From contig BCKZ01000031.1 in assembly GCA_001600815.1 (NCBI GenBank), positions 44,707 through 64,706 of the forward strand: 20,000 nucleotides of DNA, given 5' to 3'. The stretch's first letter is position 1; each line of letters begins with the position of its first letter. The stretch comes from Alloascoidea hylecoeti. Its lineage: Eukaryota. Made by a program: the position numbers and the translations under genes. The notes below the pieces were generated by a model. The model saw only the letters and a list, made by a program, of their open reading frames with translations. It ran no database searches and was not told the DNA's origin. This document shows positions 10,108 to 20,000 of this stretch, piece after piece.

Positions 10108-10812
10108 AGTTTTATTTAATTCAAACATTAAACAAAAACAAGAAAGAAAAAAATAAAAGAAATAAGAAAGCTACTAATGTTAACCATAATACCTTATTAT
10201 TATTTTAATCTTGATTAATTTATTCTTATTTTTTTTTATTTTATTTAAGTATTGCTTTTGTTCTTATTTTTTTTATGTTTAAAATTTGCAAACGTGAGCT
10301 TGTTTTTTTATAATAATTCATTTATATCCATATTATCTCTTAATAGATGAATATTACTACCCATATAGTTAGTCTTGTGTCATAACATACATTATTCGAA
10401 AATTTAAAAACTTATGATTTATAAGTTATGAGTTATAAATTAAGTGAACGAAATCTATACATTGATTGATTCTTTCATACAAAAAAAAAAAATCTGTTTT
10501 ACATAAAATATCATTATCATATTTACATGACTCTGAGTAGTTATCCCTTAAATATTTATTTTTGATTTTAATCTTAATTGTGTTTTTCTACTGTTCTTTT
10601 TCTCTTTTTATATTAATATCTTGTTGAAATTTTCATTCACATTATTATTATCATTGATAATGCGTATATAAGCTTGAATTGAAGATATAATTGTAACATA
10701 ATGATACTAATTATATAAAGTTAACCTAGATGGGTGTTATGGCCTATACTTAAAAAAATCATTTAATTATAAATTATCTACAGTAGTAACTCAACCCCCC
10801 TACCGGTCATTA

Positions 10813-11330
10813 TGTGAGTATTGGTTTAGTGGATTCTCAAGAGGAATCTGAGGATCTGTATCAAATAAAACTAAGAGATAGAAGGTGTATCGTTTCCTCA
10901 GCAACAGAGAGGAACTGGAGAGCTGATACTAAATACTGTGGTCCTTAATGATCAAAAACTATTACCAACCGGTGTTCATAATTGTGATGAGACGGGCTGT
11001 TACTGTTTCTGCCCACAGGGGAGCTCAATTGGTCCTTTGAGTATAAGCGCCACGGGAAACTCTGTCACCACTCTTAATCCTGAAAGGAGCGAAAGTTCGG
11101 AAGGTTTGGAATATGTTAGGTCAGTGGTTGCCGTCTCTCTTTGGTCTTAGTCAAGTATGAAACTCTTCTTCTGCTACTAATTCGGATTGTTCACCACTCA
11201 CTCTTTGTTGGAATCCCTAGAAATCTGGTTGATCGATGTATTGGCTCAAGACGACTTCTTGCCATGGCGTTTAGTAGCCCCTCCTATTTATTGATGCTAG
11301 TGCTCTGATGAATCTTGTGGAGTTTACCAT
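10813..11330 (+). mobile_element. Degenerate pogo/Fot1-type (Tc1/mariner superfamily, DDE_1) transposase relic
   Basis: Colinear motifs: EYWFSGFSR (W..GF), LLPTGVHNCDETG at ~10959..10997 (IYNxDETG, first catalytic Asp), SISATGN then frameshift to LSPLLILKG (ISAxG..PP..I.KG), WLK/DDFLP, and LLFIDA (LLILDG, second Asp). Multiple stops and frameshifts; no paired TIRs found. Confidence 0.65.
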
Positions 11331-11532
11331 TGTAAGTGGTTGTGAAGTGGTGAATGAGATGTCTAGAGAAGTGGTTAAAAACTCCGGAGTTGTCATTCTG
11401 ACAACCCATTATGTTATTTCTTATGGTAGCATTATTATACGAACTTAATATTCTAGGAAAAATTATTCGAAATCCAAAACATGTATACTATAGTTACATA
11501 AGATCTTATATAAGTTATAAGTTTATACATAT

Positions 11533-12528
11533 TTATTGAGGAATTTTAAGAGTCAATTTACCGGTTGTTTTTCTACCTTCCAACAATTCAGTTGCAGTTC
11601 TATAATCTTTCAATTCAAAAACTTTGATATCAAACTTTAATATCTTTTCAACAATTAATTTATTTAATTCCTGAGAATAATGATTCCATTCTTCTTTCGT
11701 AACAATATAACTGAAAAGACCAGGTCTTAAAAGTTTTAAATTTTTAGTTAACTTAAAAAGAGAAACTGGTTCAACAGCACCACTTGCATTACCAAAACTA
11801 ATAACTGTTCCTTTTCTAGCAACAGATTCTAAAGAAATATCAAATGTTGTTTTACCAACACCATCGAAAACAGCAGCTACTCCATTTCCATTTGTCAATT
11901 CTAAAACTTTTGAAACTGTATCTTCATTTGTATAATTTATAATATATTCAGCTCCATTTTCTTTTGCCAATTTTGCCTTTTCTGGTGTTGAAACTGTTCC
12001 AATTACATGAGCACCACGTAATGAAATTAATTGATCTAATATTAAACCAACTCCACCAGCAGCAGCATGAACCAAGACATAATCATCTTTTAAAACATTA
12101 TAAGATTCGGTGATGAAAGTTAAAGCAGTTAATGCTTGAATTAAAACACTACCATATATTTTAAATGCTTCTTCATCTATATCTTGAGGTAGTTTTAAAA
12201 TCTTTCCATTTTCCGCTGAAACAGCAGTATATTGAGCAAAAGTAGATGCTGATAAATAAGCAACATTATCACCAATTTTATAGTTTGTTACTTGTGATCC
12301 AATTGCAACAATTACACCAGATGCTTCACGGCCTAAAATATATGGTTTTGTACTTTTATATAATCCAGTCCTAAAATATGATTCTATAAAATTAATACCG
12401 GCGTATTTGTTTTTAATAAGGATTTCTGAATCTTTGATTTGAGGAACTGGAATATCTTCATATTTTAAAACTTCAGGACCTCCATTTTCATGGATAACAA
12501 TTGCTTTTTGAGTTGTTGGTAATGACAT
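11533..12528 (-). CDS. ZTA1: NADPH:quinone oxidoreductase, zeta-crystallin family (MDR), 331 aa
   Basis: KNKYAGINFIESYFRTGLY, PYILGREASG, VLVHAAAGGVG nucleotide-binding motif, FDGVGKTTF, SFGNASG, and GRKTTGKL. Confidence 0.95.
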   Translation of the reverse strand: MSLPTTQKAIVIHENGGPEVLKYEDIPVPQIKDSEILIKNKYAGINFIESYFRTGLYKSTKPYILGREASGVIVAIGSQVTNYKIGDNVAYLSASTFAQYTAVSAENGKILKLPQDIDEEAFKIYGSVLIQALTALTFITESYNVLKDDYVLVHAAAGGVGLILDQLISLRGAHVIGTVSTPEKAKLAKENGAEYIINYTNEDTVSKVLELTNGNGVAAVFDGVGKTTFDISLESVARKGTVISFGNASGAVEPVSLFKLTKNLKLLRPGLFSYIVTKEEWNHYSQELNKLIVEKILKFDIKVFELKDYRTATELLEGRKTTGKLTLKIPQ

Positions 12529-12622
12529 TATAGTTTCAATTTATAATACTAATGATTAATATGATTTTAGAAAAGAATTCGAAGTACCTGGGGGAAGGAG
12601 AAAGTTGGATTTTTATAATTAA

Positions 12623-12636
12623 TTAGTAATTAGTAA
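12623..12636. promoter_or_regulatory. Two tandem Yap1/Cap1-type response elements upstream of ZTA1
   Basis: TTAGTAA-TTAGTAA (= TTACTAA x2 on the other strand) ~95 bp upstream of the ZTA1 ATG. The AT-rich background lowers certainty. Confidence 0.5.
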
Positions 12637-12771
12637 TTAGTGATTATTAATATTACGTGATAATGGTCAATCTTGTTTATTGATTACATAAATTATTATA
12701 CATTTTTACATAATCTAATTTCTAAAAGTAAAAACTTTTGTATGAAATGAATCTTTAAATGGAGAAATTTT

Positions 12772-12808
12772 TGATAAAAGTTTCTGATAAAAGTTTCTGA
12801 TAAAAGTT
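12772..12808 (+). repeat. 13-bp tandem repeat TGATAAAAGTTTC x~2.8 (GATA cores)
   Basis: tgataaaagtttc tgataaaagtttc tgataaaagtt. Confidence 0.85.
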
Positions 12809-13364
12809 ATTTTGAAAAGAATAATTTTTCCAGATACATACCAGTGCATACAGATGTTGTGTGCTAAGTTGAATGGGAAAGTGTGGGTTTTTATATAAGG
12901 ATTAGAGGGTGTTATGATCACATCAGGAATACTTAATGGCTTGATAGCAAGTAATTTGAAAATAAATCAACAAATGAATAGAGAAAACTAAGTAAGAAAT
13001 TAATCATGATATATTATTGACTAGTAGTTGTTGTCCTGGGTCGTTAACCACGTCCAAAGAACAAAAAGAAAAAAAAAGATTACTAGCACACGCAAACATG
13101 CAACGATTTTCGTCCCCAAAAGATATAAATGGCAGTTGAAGTATCTTAATGATTATATTTGGAAAATTTGTAAGTATGCATGTAATAAGCCTACTATAAG
13201 GGAGTTAATTAATACTTTTACCTGCAAAGACTCATCACATTCACCGAGTTGTGTGTATAATAAAGCTTATAGCTATAGGGTTAACCTCTTTTATTTTATA
13301 TTGTTTATTAATATTGAAACAACAACCATTTTAATAATTGCAATATGTCTTTACGCAAAAATTT

Positions 13365-13870
13365 AATACTTACTCAACAGTCGACTTTGTTTCCAATCTC
13401 CCTGTTGAAATATCTAATTTAATATTAATAGATAGACAAATCATCAAATACATTACTTCGTATGAGGTGATCCGCTGTTTTATCGCACCATATGTAGAAA
13501 GAAGCGTATATTCTAAAAAATATGGGTCATATCTTATATCCATCAGAACAAAAGAATAAAAGAAAATAAAGGTGCAACTACTGCAATAGGTGAAGAAGAA
13601 ACAAATAAAATTGCCTGTGGCTATGTGGGGAAGGTGGGAACTGGATAACAATCGAATGAAATCCCATCGGACATCTACAATCATCTCATTATTTTATGTG
13701 ATGGTCCTATGGGAATCATAGAAGGTCAACCAGCTGTGGGGGCCTCATGGTGATGTGTGAGCATTAATATTTGAAAAGGAGGTGGACTCTGGTGGAATAA
13801 CTACCAACATCGCCAAAAAATATGAATTCAGTAATATTTTGATGCTCATTCGTTGTTTTTGTCTTATTTA
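13365..13870 (+). pseudogene. Heavily decayed F-box/WD40 gene relic, CDC4-like
   Basis: One reading frame with stops: DFVSNLPVEISNLIL (F-box start) at 13383, MKSHRTSTIISLF (cf. Cdc4 LRGHMTSVITCLQF) at 13656, QLWGPHGDV*AL (cf. QLSGHDGGVWAL) at 13731, and LIRCFCLI (cf. TVRCLDIV). Confidence 0.55.
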
Positions 13871-14435
13871 ACACACTCCTTAGGGATATGTGGAATGGGC
13901 GAACTCTTTTGCAATTTCGTAACGGGATATTTTAGGGTTCTACTGCCTCCACTAAATATAAATTAATATAAGTTCTAACTTATACCTCATACTCAAGAGA
14001 AAAAAAATCGAATAACAATTGCAATATGCATTGTTAATTCGAACTCTGCCTACAAATATTTACTACAATAATCCTAAAATACTATACGGATTGCAAGATT
14101 TTAAATATCTTCAGATCCTTATGATGATCATGATCAGGCTAAAGGAAATTGAAATTTTCTATGAAGTATTAATATAATATATGTTATTGATGCTGATCAA
14201 TTGAAATCGCAACTTTATAACAAAATAGAACTTTATAATTAGTACCATGGTCAAGTAATGCAATAATTTTAAATAAAAAAAAAAGTAATCTATAGAAGTC
14301 AAAACGTTGCAACATAAATATTTATATATAGTAACAACAAATAAAAGGCTTGCCCAATAATATAAAATGATAAATAATTCAAAAACAAAAGGATTTCTTA
14401 ATCTTAACTTATGAAATTAAGTTTAATTTATTCAA

Positions 14436-15445
14436 TTAATATAATAAAACTTTTATTCGAGTTTCAGCATCATTTCCAATCATTTCAGCATCTTCATCGA
14501 TTGAATTAATTCCACTAACAATTTTCTTTAAAGTTCCCATGAAATCTTGGGAATCCCATATATTTTGTTGTTTACTATCGAGATAACTTGAATCAAGTAT
14601 TATACCATCAATATATTTCCCTGAAATATCTCCATTTTGTAAATGGCGTAGAAATCGTCCTGGTGTTGCTATTATAAATGGAGGATATGTTTGATTTTGA
14701 AATAATAAAGAATCATTTTTAAATGAATTTTTGGCGATTAATTTAATTGAGTTTAAAAATTTTCTATTGATATCACAAACTCTTATTGCGGACGTTGCAA
14801 GAATAACAATACATTTTGAATTACCAAGTGAATTGGTAGATGTTTTTGAGTTCTTTGGTTTCTTTTCCTTTTTCACTTTCGTCTGAGGTTTTAAATATTG
14901 CATATATGGCAAAAAAACTAGTCAATTATAAAGTAAGTTAGTAATTTAAAAAAAAAATTTAAAAAAAAAATTCAAGAGATGAGCTTACATTCACGAATAA
15001 ATTCTTTATAACCATCAAGGTTTCTTTCCCCTAAATAATCACCAGTATATTTGAAATCCCTTGGTGACAAAAAAAACTGTTCGTTTAACTCTAAACCAGA
15101 TAAATTTGGATTTTTCACTCTTGCTCTTGTTGCAATAAAATCACAAACTAATTGAACATCATTTTTCCATAAGTTTTGCTTTTGTTTAACAAAATGTTCA
15201 ACTTTTAATTTTTTCTTCAAAGCAAGTTTTTCTTTACTATTGCCATTATCCCCCTTTGGTTTCTTTTTCCTTTTTACACCTCCAGTTATATCTTGACCGC
15301 TTGTTTGAACTTCTTCATCAGAATCAGAATCATAATCTAATCGCGATTCTAATAATTCCTCTGCAGCTTCACCATCAGATATATATACTTCATCATATTC
15401 AATACCATCATCAAGATCATCGGCAACTGCCTTTGATGAAACCAT
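14436..15445 (-). CDS. CMS1: Cms1 (90S pre-ribosome factor, helicase-like fold); two exons 15445..14989 and 14917..14436, 312 aa
   Basis: ADDLDDGIEYD N-terminus, NPNLSGLELNE, ILATSAIRVCD, KLIAKN, ATPGR and IILDSSYLDSKQQNIWD. Splicing restores the frame (...FIRE-F-F-LPYMQ). Confidence 0.9.
14918..14988 (-). other. 71-nt spliceosomal intron in CMS1
   Basis: 5' GTAAGC at 14988, branch point TACTAAC at 14943..14937, 3' TAG at 14920..14918. Phase 1, and it joins the two ORFs in frame. Confidence 0.9.
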
Positions 15446-15598
15446 TTTTAAAAGAAAAAGTTGAGAGTTTTCTTATTTACTTTCTTTTAAGTAGTCATGA
15501 AAAAATATTTTCCTGATGTCTGGTTACTAGTTACCGATACTTTAATGCAGGTAAATATACATCTCATAAATTATTAATTATGAATAATATCGGAAAAC

Positions 15599-15850
15599 TT
15601 ATTCTTCTTCATATTCATCAGAATCATAAGTGTAAGATACAGACCTATTTTTATTACGAGTACTTCTTCTTGTTGCACTTTTCCTTTGATAAATGGATAT
15701 CGATTGTTGTCTCTTCAATGGCATGGTTTTAGTAGAGACACCATTGTTTTCTTCTTTCGCTACAATTCTTTTCGTAACATTTAGAGCTCTTTTAGAGAAA
15801 GCTCTTGTCAATTTCTTTGAAATATATTCTTTAAATCGATCTAAAATCAT
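15599..15850 (-). CDS. Small basic orphan protein (83 aa) with an acidic tail, divergent from the nuclease-kinase gene
   Basis: ATG-initiated, K/R-rich ORF ending RRSTRNKNRSVSYTYDSDEYEEE, with protein-like composition. It fills the space between CMS1 and the kinase promoter. No family recognised. Confidence 0.5.
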   Translation of the reverse strand: MILDRFKEYISKKLTRAFSKRALNVTKRIVAKEENNGVSTKTMPLKRQQSISIYQRKSATRRSTRNKNRSVSYTYDSDEYEEE

Positions 15851-16790
15851 ATCTGGAATGAAATTTGTTGTTACTATTTATCACTAGCACTTTTTTCTTT
15901 TTTGATGCCATACTTCTATAGTGATTAATAATATCAGTCCGCACGTGATGCAAATAATTTACCGTAATTTCGCAACATCCTAACAACTAACTTATACACA
16001 TTTTCTTTTCTTTGCCACCATGGAGACTATTACAGACAAATTCAAACAGTACAGCGATGAAATTGAGAAAATATTCAGTGAAAATAGGCATCAGCTATCC
16101 GAGGTGGACCCCAGCATTTTTTTTGGCGACCTTAGTAAGGAGGAAAATTTAAATGAGTTGANNNNNNNNNNNNNNNNNNNNNNNNNNNNNNNNNNNNNNN
16201 NNNNNNNNNNNNNNNNNNNNNNNNNNNNNNNNNNNNNNNNNNNNNNNNNNNNNNNNNNNNNAAGATACAGACCTATTTTTATTACGAGTACTTCTTCTTG
16301 TTGCACTTTTCCTTTGATAAATGGATATCGATTGTTGTCTCTTCAATGGCATGGTTTTAGTAGAGACACCATTGTTTTCTTCTTTCGCTACAATTCTTTT
16401 CGTAACATTTAGAGCTCTTTTAGAGAAAGCTCTTGTCAATTTCTTTGAAATATATTCTTTAAATCGATCTAAAATCATATCTGGAATGAAATTTGTTGTT
16501 ACTACTTATCACTAGCACTTTTTTCTTTTTTGATGCCATACTTCTATAGTGATTAATAATATCAGTCCGCACGTGATGCAAATAATTTACCCGTAATTTC
16601 GCAACATCCTAACAACTAACTTATACACATTTTCTTTTCTTTGCCACCATGGAGACTATTACAGACAAATTCAAACAGTACAGCGATGAAATTGAGAAAA
16701 TATTCAGTGAAAATAGGCATCAGCTATCCGAGGTGGACCCCAGCATTTTTTTTGGNGACCTTAGTAAGGAGGAAAATTTAAATGAGTTGA
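15634..16790. other. Scaffold gap (100 N, 16162..16261) flanked by a near-identical 528/529-bp overlap (15634..16161 = 16262..16790); probable assembly artefact
   Basis: The copies differ only by one substitution (actattta/actactta), one C indel (ttaccg/ttacccg) and one N. Both copies end exactly at the gap edges. Confidence 0.85.
16479..16648. promoter_or_regulatory. 170-bp divergent promoter between the small ORF and the nuclease-kinase gene
   Basis: CACGTGA (Cbf1-type) at 16570..16576, TTACCCG (Reb1-type) at 16587..16593, a pyrimidine-rich leader and gccaccATG. Confidence 0.55.
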
Positions 16791-18586
16791 GAGCGCTTAC
16801 TAGAAAAAGTATATTCGTCAATAGCAGTGCACTTGTATTACAAAACCTTCTGTGCAATTTACCCATGACAGGTTTGTTTATAACTGGGTATAATGGTATG
16901 CCAAATATAGATANATCAAGTGGTGCTGCTAGAAAGACTGGATCAAGTGGTGCTGTTAATGTTAANACTAGTTCCNAGATAAATCAAATGGGTGATTATT
17001 TTTACACAACTTCATTTATCAATGGTGAGACACTAAAATTCGAAGCAGAAAGTATTTGGTTGGAGACAGCATTACCGCAATTAGATGACCCTGGAGTAAC
17101 AACGGCATTGACCTTGGGTGGTATATTGAAAATCAAATATGGCCCTCAAGAAAGATTTTCCGAAGCAGATATATCTGATTTTATAAGGGAAAAATTGCTT
17201 GCTCCTGGTATTAGTTTTTACAATGATATAACAGAATCTGATTTAACTTTGCACGGAGAAAAAACTGGAAAGCTAATGATGGGAACTCGAAAAAGAAATA
17301 TATCAACGAGATCAGATTTTACTATTTCTAGTAAAAATAACCCTGATATTATCACTATTGAGATGAAAATACCTCAATTAGAAAAAATGGTGGGAGGTGT
17401 CAGTGGGTTTAACCCCGATGCTAAGTTTAAAGAAAAAGTTAATCAAGTTATTCAACAAGCACTCACACTTGGAACACCATTTGGTATTCTAAGTGATGGA
17501 GTCTTGATCTTTTTATTCGAAATACCATTAGATACAGAATTGAAAGATTATGAGGCGAAAATACCTAATAAAGGATCTAAATATAAGGAACTACCCATCA
17601 ATTACAAAGTTATAAGAGCTCGTGAAAACGGAGTTTTTTTAATATTTTTATTGTTTCTGAAAAAAGCAATTGACTTTTTCAATATTCACACTAGAGAAGA
17701 AGTAAAAGAAAAATTACAACATTTTGCGAATTGGTTAGAGAAATCGGTNGAAGAAACCATCATTGCTGAAACTGAATCTCGAGATAAGATGAAAGATTAC
17801 TTTTTATTTTCTGAGGAATCTGAAAATGTAGACATCACACGGGATATGAATTTAAGGATAAAATTCAGTTCTTTTCAAGAAACAGATCGGATTCAGCTTT
17901 CCAAGCTTCCAGATGAACGTTATCATTCACAGGTACTGCGTTGTTCATCACAGCAGTTTTATGAGGCGACTGATAGCAACTCTTTTAACCTTATAAGCGG
18001 ACGTGAATATATTATTAAGTGGATTGACCCGGTCCTTGCTGTTTGTAACAACAAAAGATTGATTAAGTTGGCTGAACCTTGTTACAATTATTACAAAGAT
18101 GAACTACGAATCTACATGGTGTTATCAGAAAAAACAAATTTAGAGGACATAGTGCCTAAGCTTCATGGAATAGGTTTTTGTACCTTATTTGGTGATAATG
18201 GTGAAACCGTTAGTGCAGGACTATTCCTGTTACTAGATTACATTGATGGTAAAGAACCTGATTTTTCAGATGNTAAAATATACGAAAAGGCAATGTCAAA
18301 TTTGAAAAAGTTACACGATGCNGACATAACTCATGGGGACATTAGACTCCCAAACATAAGGGTAACAGANAAACAANATGTGTANTTTTTCGATTTTGGN
18401 TTAAGTAGCACANCTAAAGGANATAAAACAAGAANTACTGATATTCAAAGCAAAAGGGATGAGGAAAAATTATACCAACTCAGGGAAGAAGCATTAAAAG
18501 CAAAAGAGTACTCAGCACCAATAATAGAAGAAAGGGAAGAAACAATGGGAGAGGAAGGAAGAAAAAGAAGAAGATTAAATCCATAA
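16649..18586 (+). CDS. Putative PD-(D/E)xK nuclease + atypical protein kinase fusion (Crinkler-REase/kinase- or Spok-like), 645 aa, C-terminal NLS
   Basis: Kinase: YIIK457, E485 (ELRIY), VPKLHG, LLLDYIDG, LHDxDITHGD564IRLPN569, FFD582FG (codon ggn), with a short C-lobe. Nuclease-like: E172, RSD223F...ITIE238MK240, Q266VIQQ, FGILSDG. The protein ends in RKRRRLNP. The kinase call is firm; the nuclease call rests on motifs only. Confidence 0.8.
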   Translation: METITDKFKQYSDEIEKIFSENRHQLSEVDPSIFFXDLSKEENLNELRALTRKSIFVNSSALVLQNLLCNLPMTGLFITGYNGMPNIDXSSGAARKTGSSGAVNVXTSSXINQMGDYFYTTSFINGETLKFEAESIWLETALPQLDDPGVTTALTLGGILKIKYGPQERFSEADISDFIREKLLAPGISFYNDITESDLTLHGEKTGKLMMGTRKRNISTRSDFTISSKNNPDIITIEMKIPQLEKMVGGVSGFNPDAKFKEKVNQVIQQALTLGTPFGILSDGVLIFLFEIPLDTELKDYEAKIPNKGSKYKELPINYKVIRARENGVFLIFLLFLKKAIDFFNIHTREEVKEKLQHFANWLEKSXEETIIAETESRDKMKDYFLFSEESENVDITRDMNLRIKFSSFQETDRIQLSKLPDERYHSQVLRCSSQQFYEATDSNSFNLISGREYIIKWIDPVLAVCNNKRLIKLAEPCYNYYKDELRIYMVLSEKTNLEDIVPKLHGIGFCTLFGDNGETVSAGLFLLLDYIDGKEPDFSDXKIYEKAMSNLKKLHDXDITHGDIRLPNIRVTXKQXVXFFDFXLSSTXKGXKTRXTDIQSKRDEEKLYQLREEALKAKEYSAPIIEEREETMGEEGRKRRRLNP

Positions 18587-18951
18587 CCATAATTTACTAT
18601 TTTTTTTATGATTTTACTTTATGTTATTTTATTTTATGAATATTACATTATACCTTATATGAATTATAGATTATAATCTATAAACTTAATAGCTAGTCTA
18701 ATTGCAAACTTCAAAAATCATTTTAAAACATAGAAAATGTACCGATTGCAAACTGATAAGAAGAACTTGAAATACCAAAGAAAAACACGAACNATTACTT
18801 TTGATATACCCAATAAACAATGAAAAGAAAATGAAGAAGAAGAATCAATTTATATAATAAATGACAATACATTTTTAAACAAGATTAAAATACTCTAATA
18901 AATTCAGAATTAATTATAGCCGCTTACAACTTCCTTATCTATATCTATATA

Positions 18952-20000
18952 CTATACCATATTATTGTTTTGAAGGGCAATGCTTTTCGTCATATTATTA
19001 ACCTTNTAGATCCCTACAAGTTGTTGTGCTAACTCGAACATATTATTTCTCAAAGAAATAANAACAAATTGAGCATTTTTGGTTCGTTCTTTAATATAAT
19101 TTGCAACAATTGAAACNTTTCGAAAATCCAAAGCAGCATCTATTTCATCCATTACATACAAANGTGTGGGTTTATATTTATGAAGTGCAAAAACTAAGGC
19201 CAAAGAGCTAAGANTTTTTTCACCGCCTGAAANATTCGAAATATTTCTCCAACTTTTCTTTGGCGGCATCACACTAAAAAGAATTCCTTCTGAAAATGGG
19301 TCAAGACTGTCCACAAGCTCAAGTTCTGCGTTACCTCCCATTGTAATCATTTGATACATATTTTTGAGTGTAGTTGTGATTGTATTTAATCCAACCATGA
19401 ATTCATCCAGCCTTCTCTTTTTAAGATCGTCACTCATTTTCTTGACCAATTCACGTTCTTCAACTGCTTCGTTCAAGTCTGTTTTNCGAGACACAAATTC
19501 TCTAGAACGTCTAGCATACTCTTCTAACACTNAAATATCAACAGTTTCTTCTAGCTTTTCCTCTAGCCGTTTTATTTCGGATTTTAAGGTACTGGCATTT
19601 ATTTGATCGAGCTCATCTAAAGATATTTCTAGTGATGCTTGAGGTGAAGAACTTTCTTCAGTGTCCATCATAACATCCTCATCTTCATTCTGAATACTTG
19701 TTTCTTGGACGTTACCAATTAGTTCATCTAAATTATGAAGTTTCAAAGACTCGAATTGACTTTTATAGTGATGAATGGCGCGCTTGTAATCTTTCATATT
19801 AGTCACATGTTGTTCGATTTTATTTTCAATCTCAATTTCGCTAGATCTCAATTCGGCAATNAGCTTCTTTTCAGATTCCAATTTATCTTTTGCAGACTCA
19901 AGTGCTTCTTTTCTATCATCACGTTCATCTAGAATTTTAGAATACTCTTTCTCTAACAGAGCTGCCTTTTGAAATTTCTCTTCCACACTTTGTTCCATTT
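18952..20000 (-). CDS. SMC4: Condensin subunit Smc4, C-terminal part (gene continues beyond the window)
   Basis: Coiled coil followed by MYQMITMGGNAELELVDSLDPFSEGILFSVMPPKKSWRNISNxSGGEK, YVMDEIDAALDF and AQFVxISLRNNMFELA. Confidence 0.97.
   Translation of the reverse strand, partial: MEQSVEEKFQKAALLEKEYSKILDERDDRKEALESAKDKLESEKKXIAELRSSEIEIENKIEQHVTNMKDYKRAIHHYKSQFESLKLHNLDELIGNVQETSIQNEDEDVMMDTEESSSPQASLEISLDELDQINASTLKSEIKRLEEKLEETVDIXVLEEYARRSREFVSXKTDLNEAVEERELVKKMSDDLKKRRLDEFMVGLNTITTTLKNMYQMITMGGNAELELVDSLDPFSEGILFSVMPPKKSWRNISNXSGGEKXLSSLALVFALHKYKPTXLYVMDEIDAALDFRXVSIVANYIKERTKNAQFVXISLRNNMFELAQQLVGIXKVNNMTKSIALQNNNMV

Noticed and set aside
10779..10800. TA-CAGTAGTAACTC as a pogo-type left TIR
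   Set aside because: No matching right TIR was found, and it lies too close to internal transposase motifs.
16020..16478. ORFs spanning the N gap (apparent second copies of the kinase N-terminus and of the small ORF)
   Set aside because: They arise from the overlap duplication and read through 100 Ns, so they are not independent genes on current evidence.
16756..19861. Scattered Ns as evidence of high polymorphism or diversifying selection in the kinase
   Set aside because: Ns also hit first and second codon positions in invariant SMC4 motifs (LSGGEKT, FRNVS), which points to low-quality consensus rather than real variants.

Overview
AT-rich budding-yeast (Saccharomycotina) nuclear DNA from a draft scaffold. 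CTG codons sit at conserved Leu/hydrophobic positions of RTS1, so the code appears standard. Intact housekeeping genes are tRNA-Asp(GUC), COX13, RTS1 (PP2A B56), ZTA1, CMS1 (one 71-nt intron) and the 3' part of SMC4. Between CMS1 and SMC4 lies an unusual 645-aa gene with a PD-(D/E)xK-like nuclease region fused to an atypical short-C-lobe kinase and a C-terminal NLS, i.e. a Crinkler-REase/kinase or Spok-like architecture. It is head-to-head with an 83-aa basic orphan ORF. The first ~7 kb contains no intact protein gene and is a patchwork of relics: a decayed paralog of the nuclease-kinase gene folded into a ~219-bp inverted repeat (hairpin), an STE20 fragment, an internally deleted TAF1 and further repeats. 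A pogo/Fot1-like transposase relic and a CDC4-like F-box/WD40 relic lie further right. The 528-bp duplication around the 100-N gap is most likely an assembly overlap. All homology calls are by eye; no searches were run.
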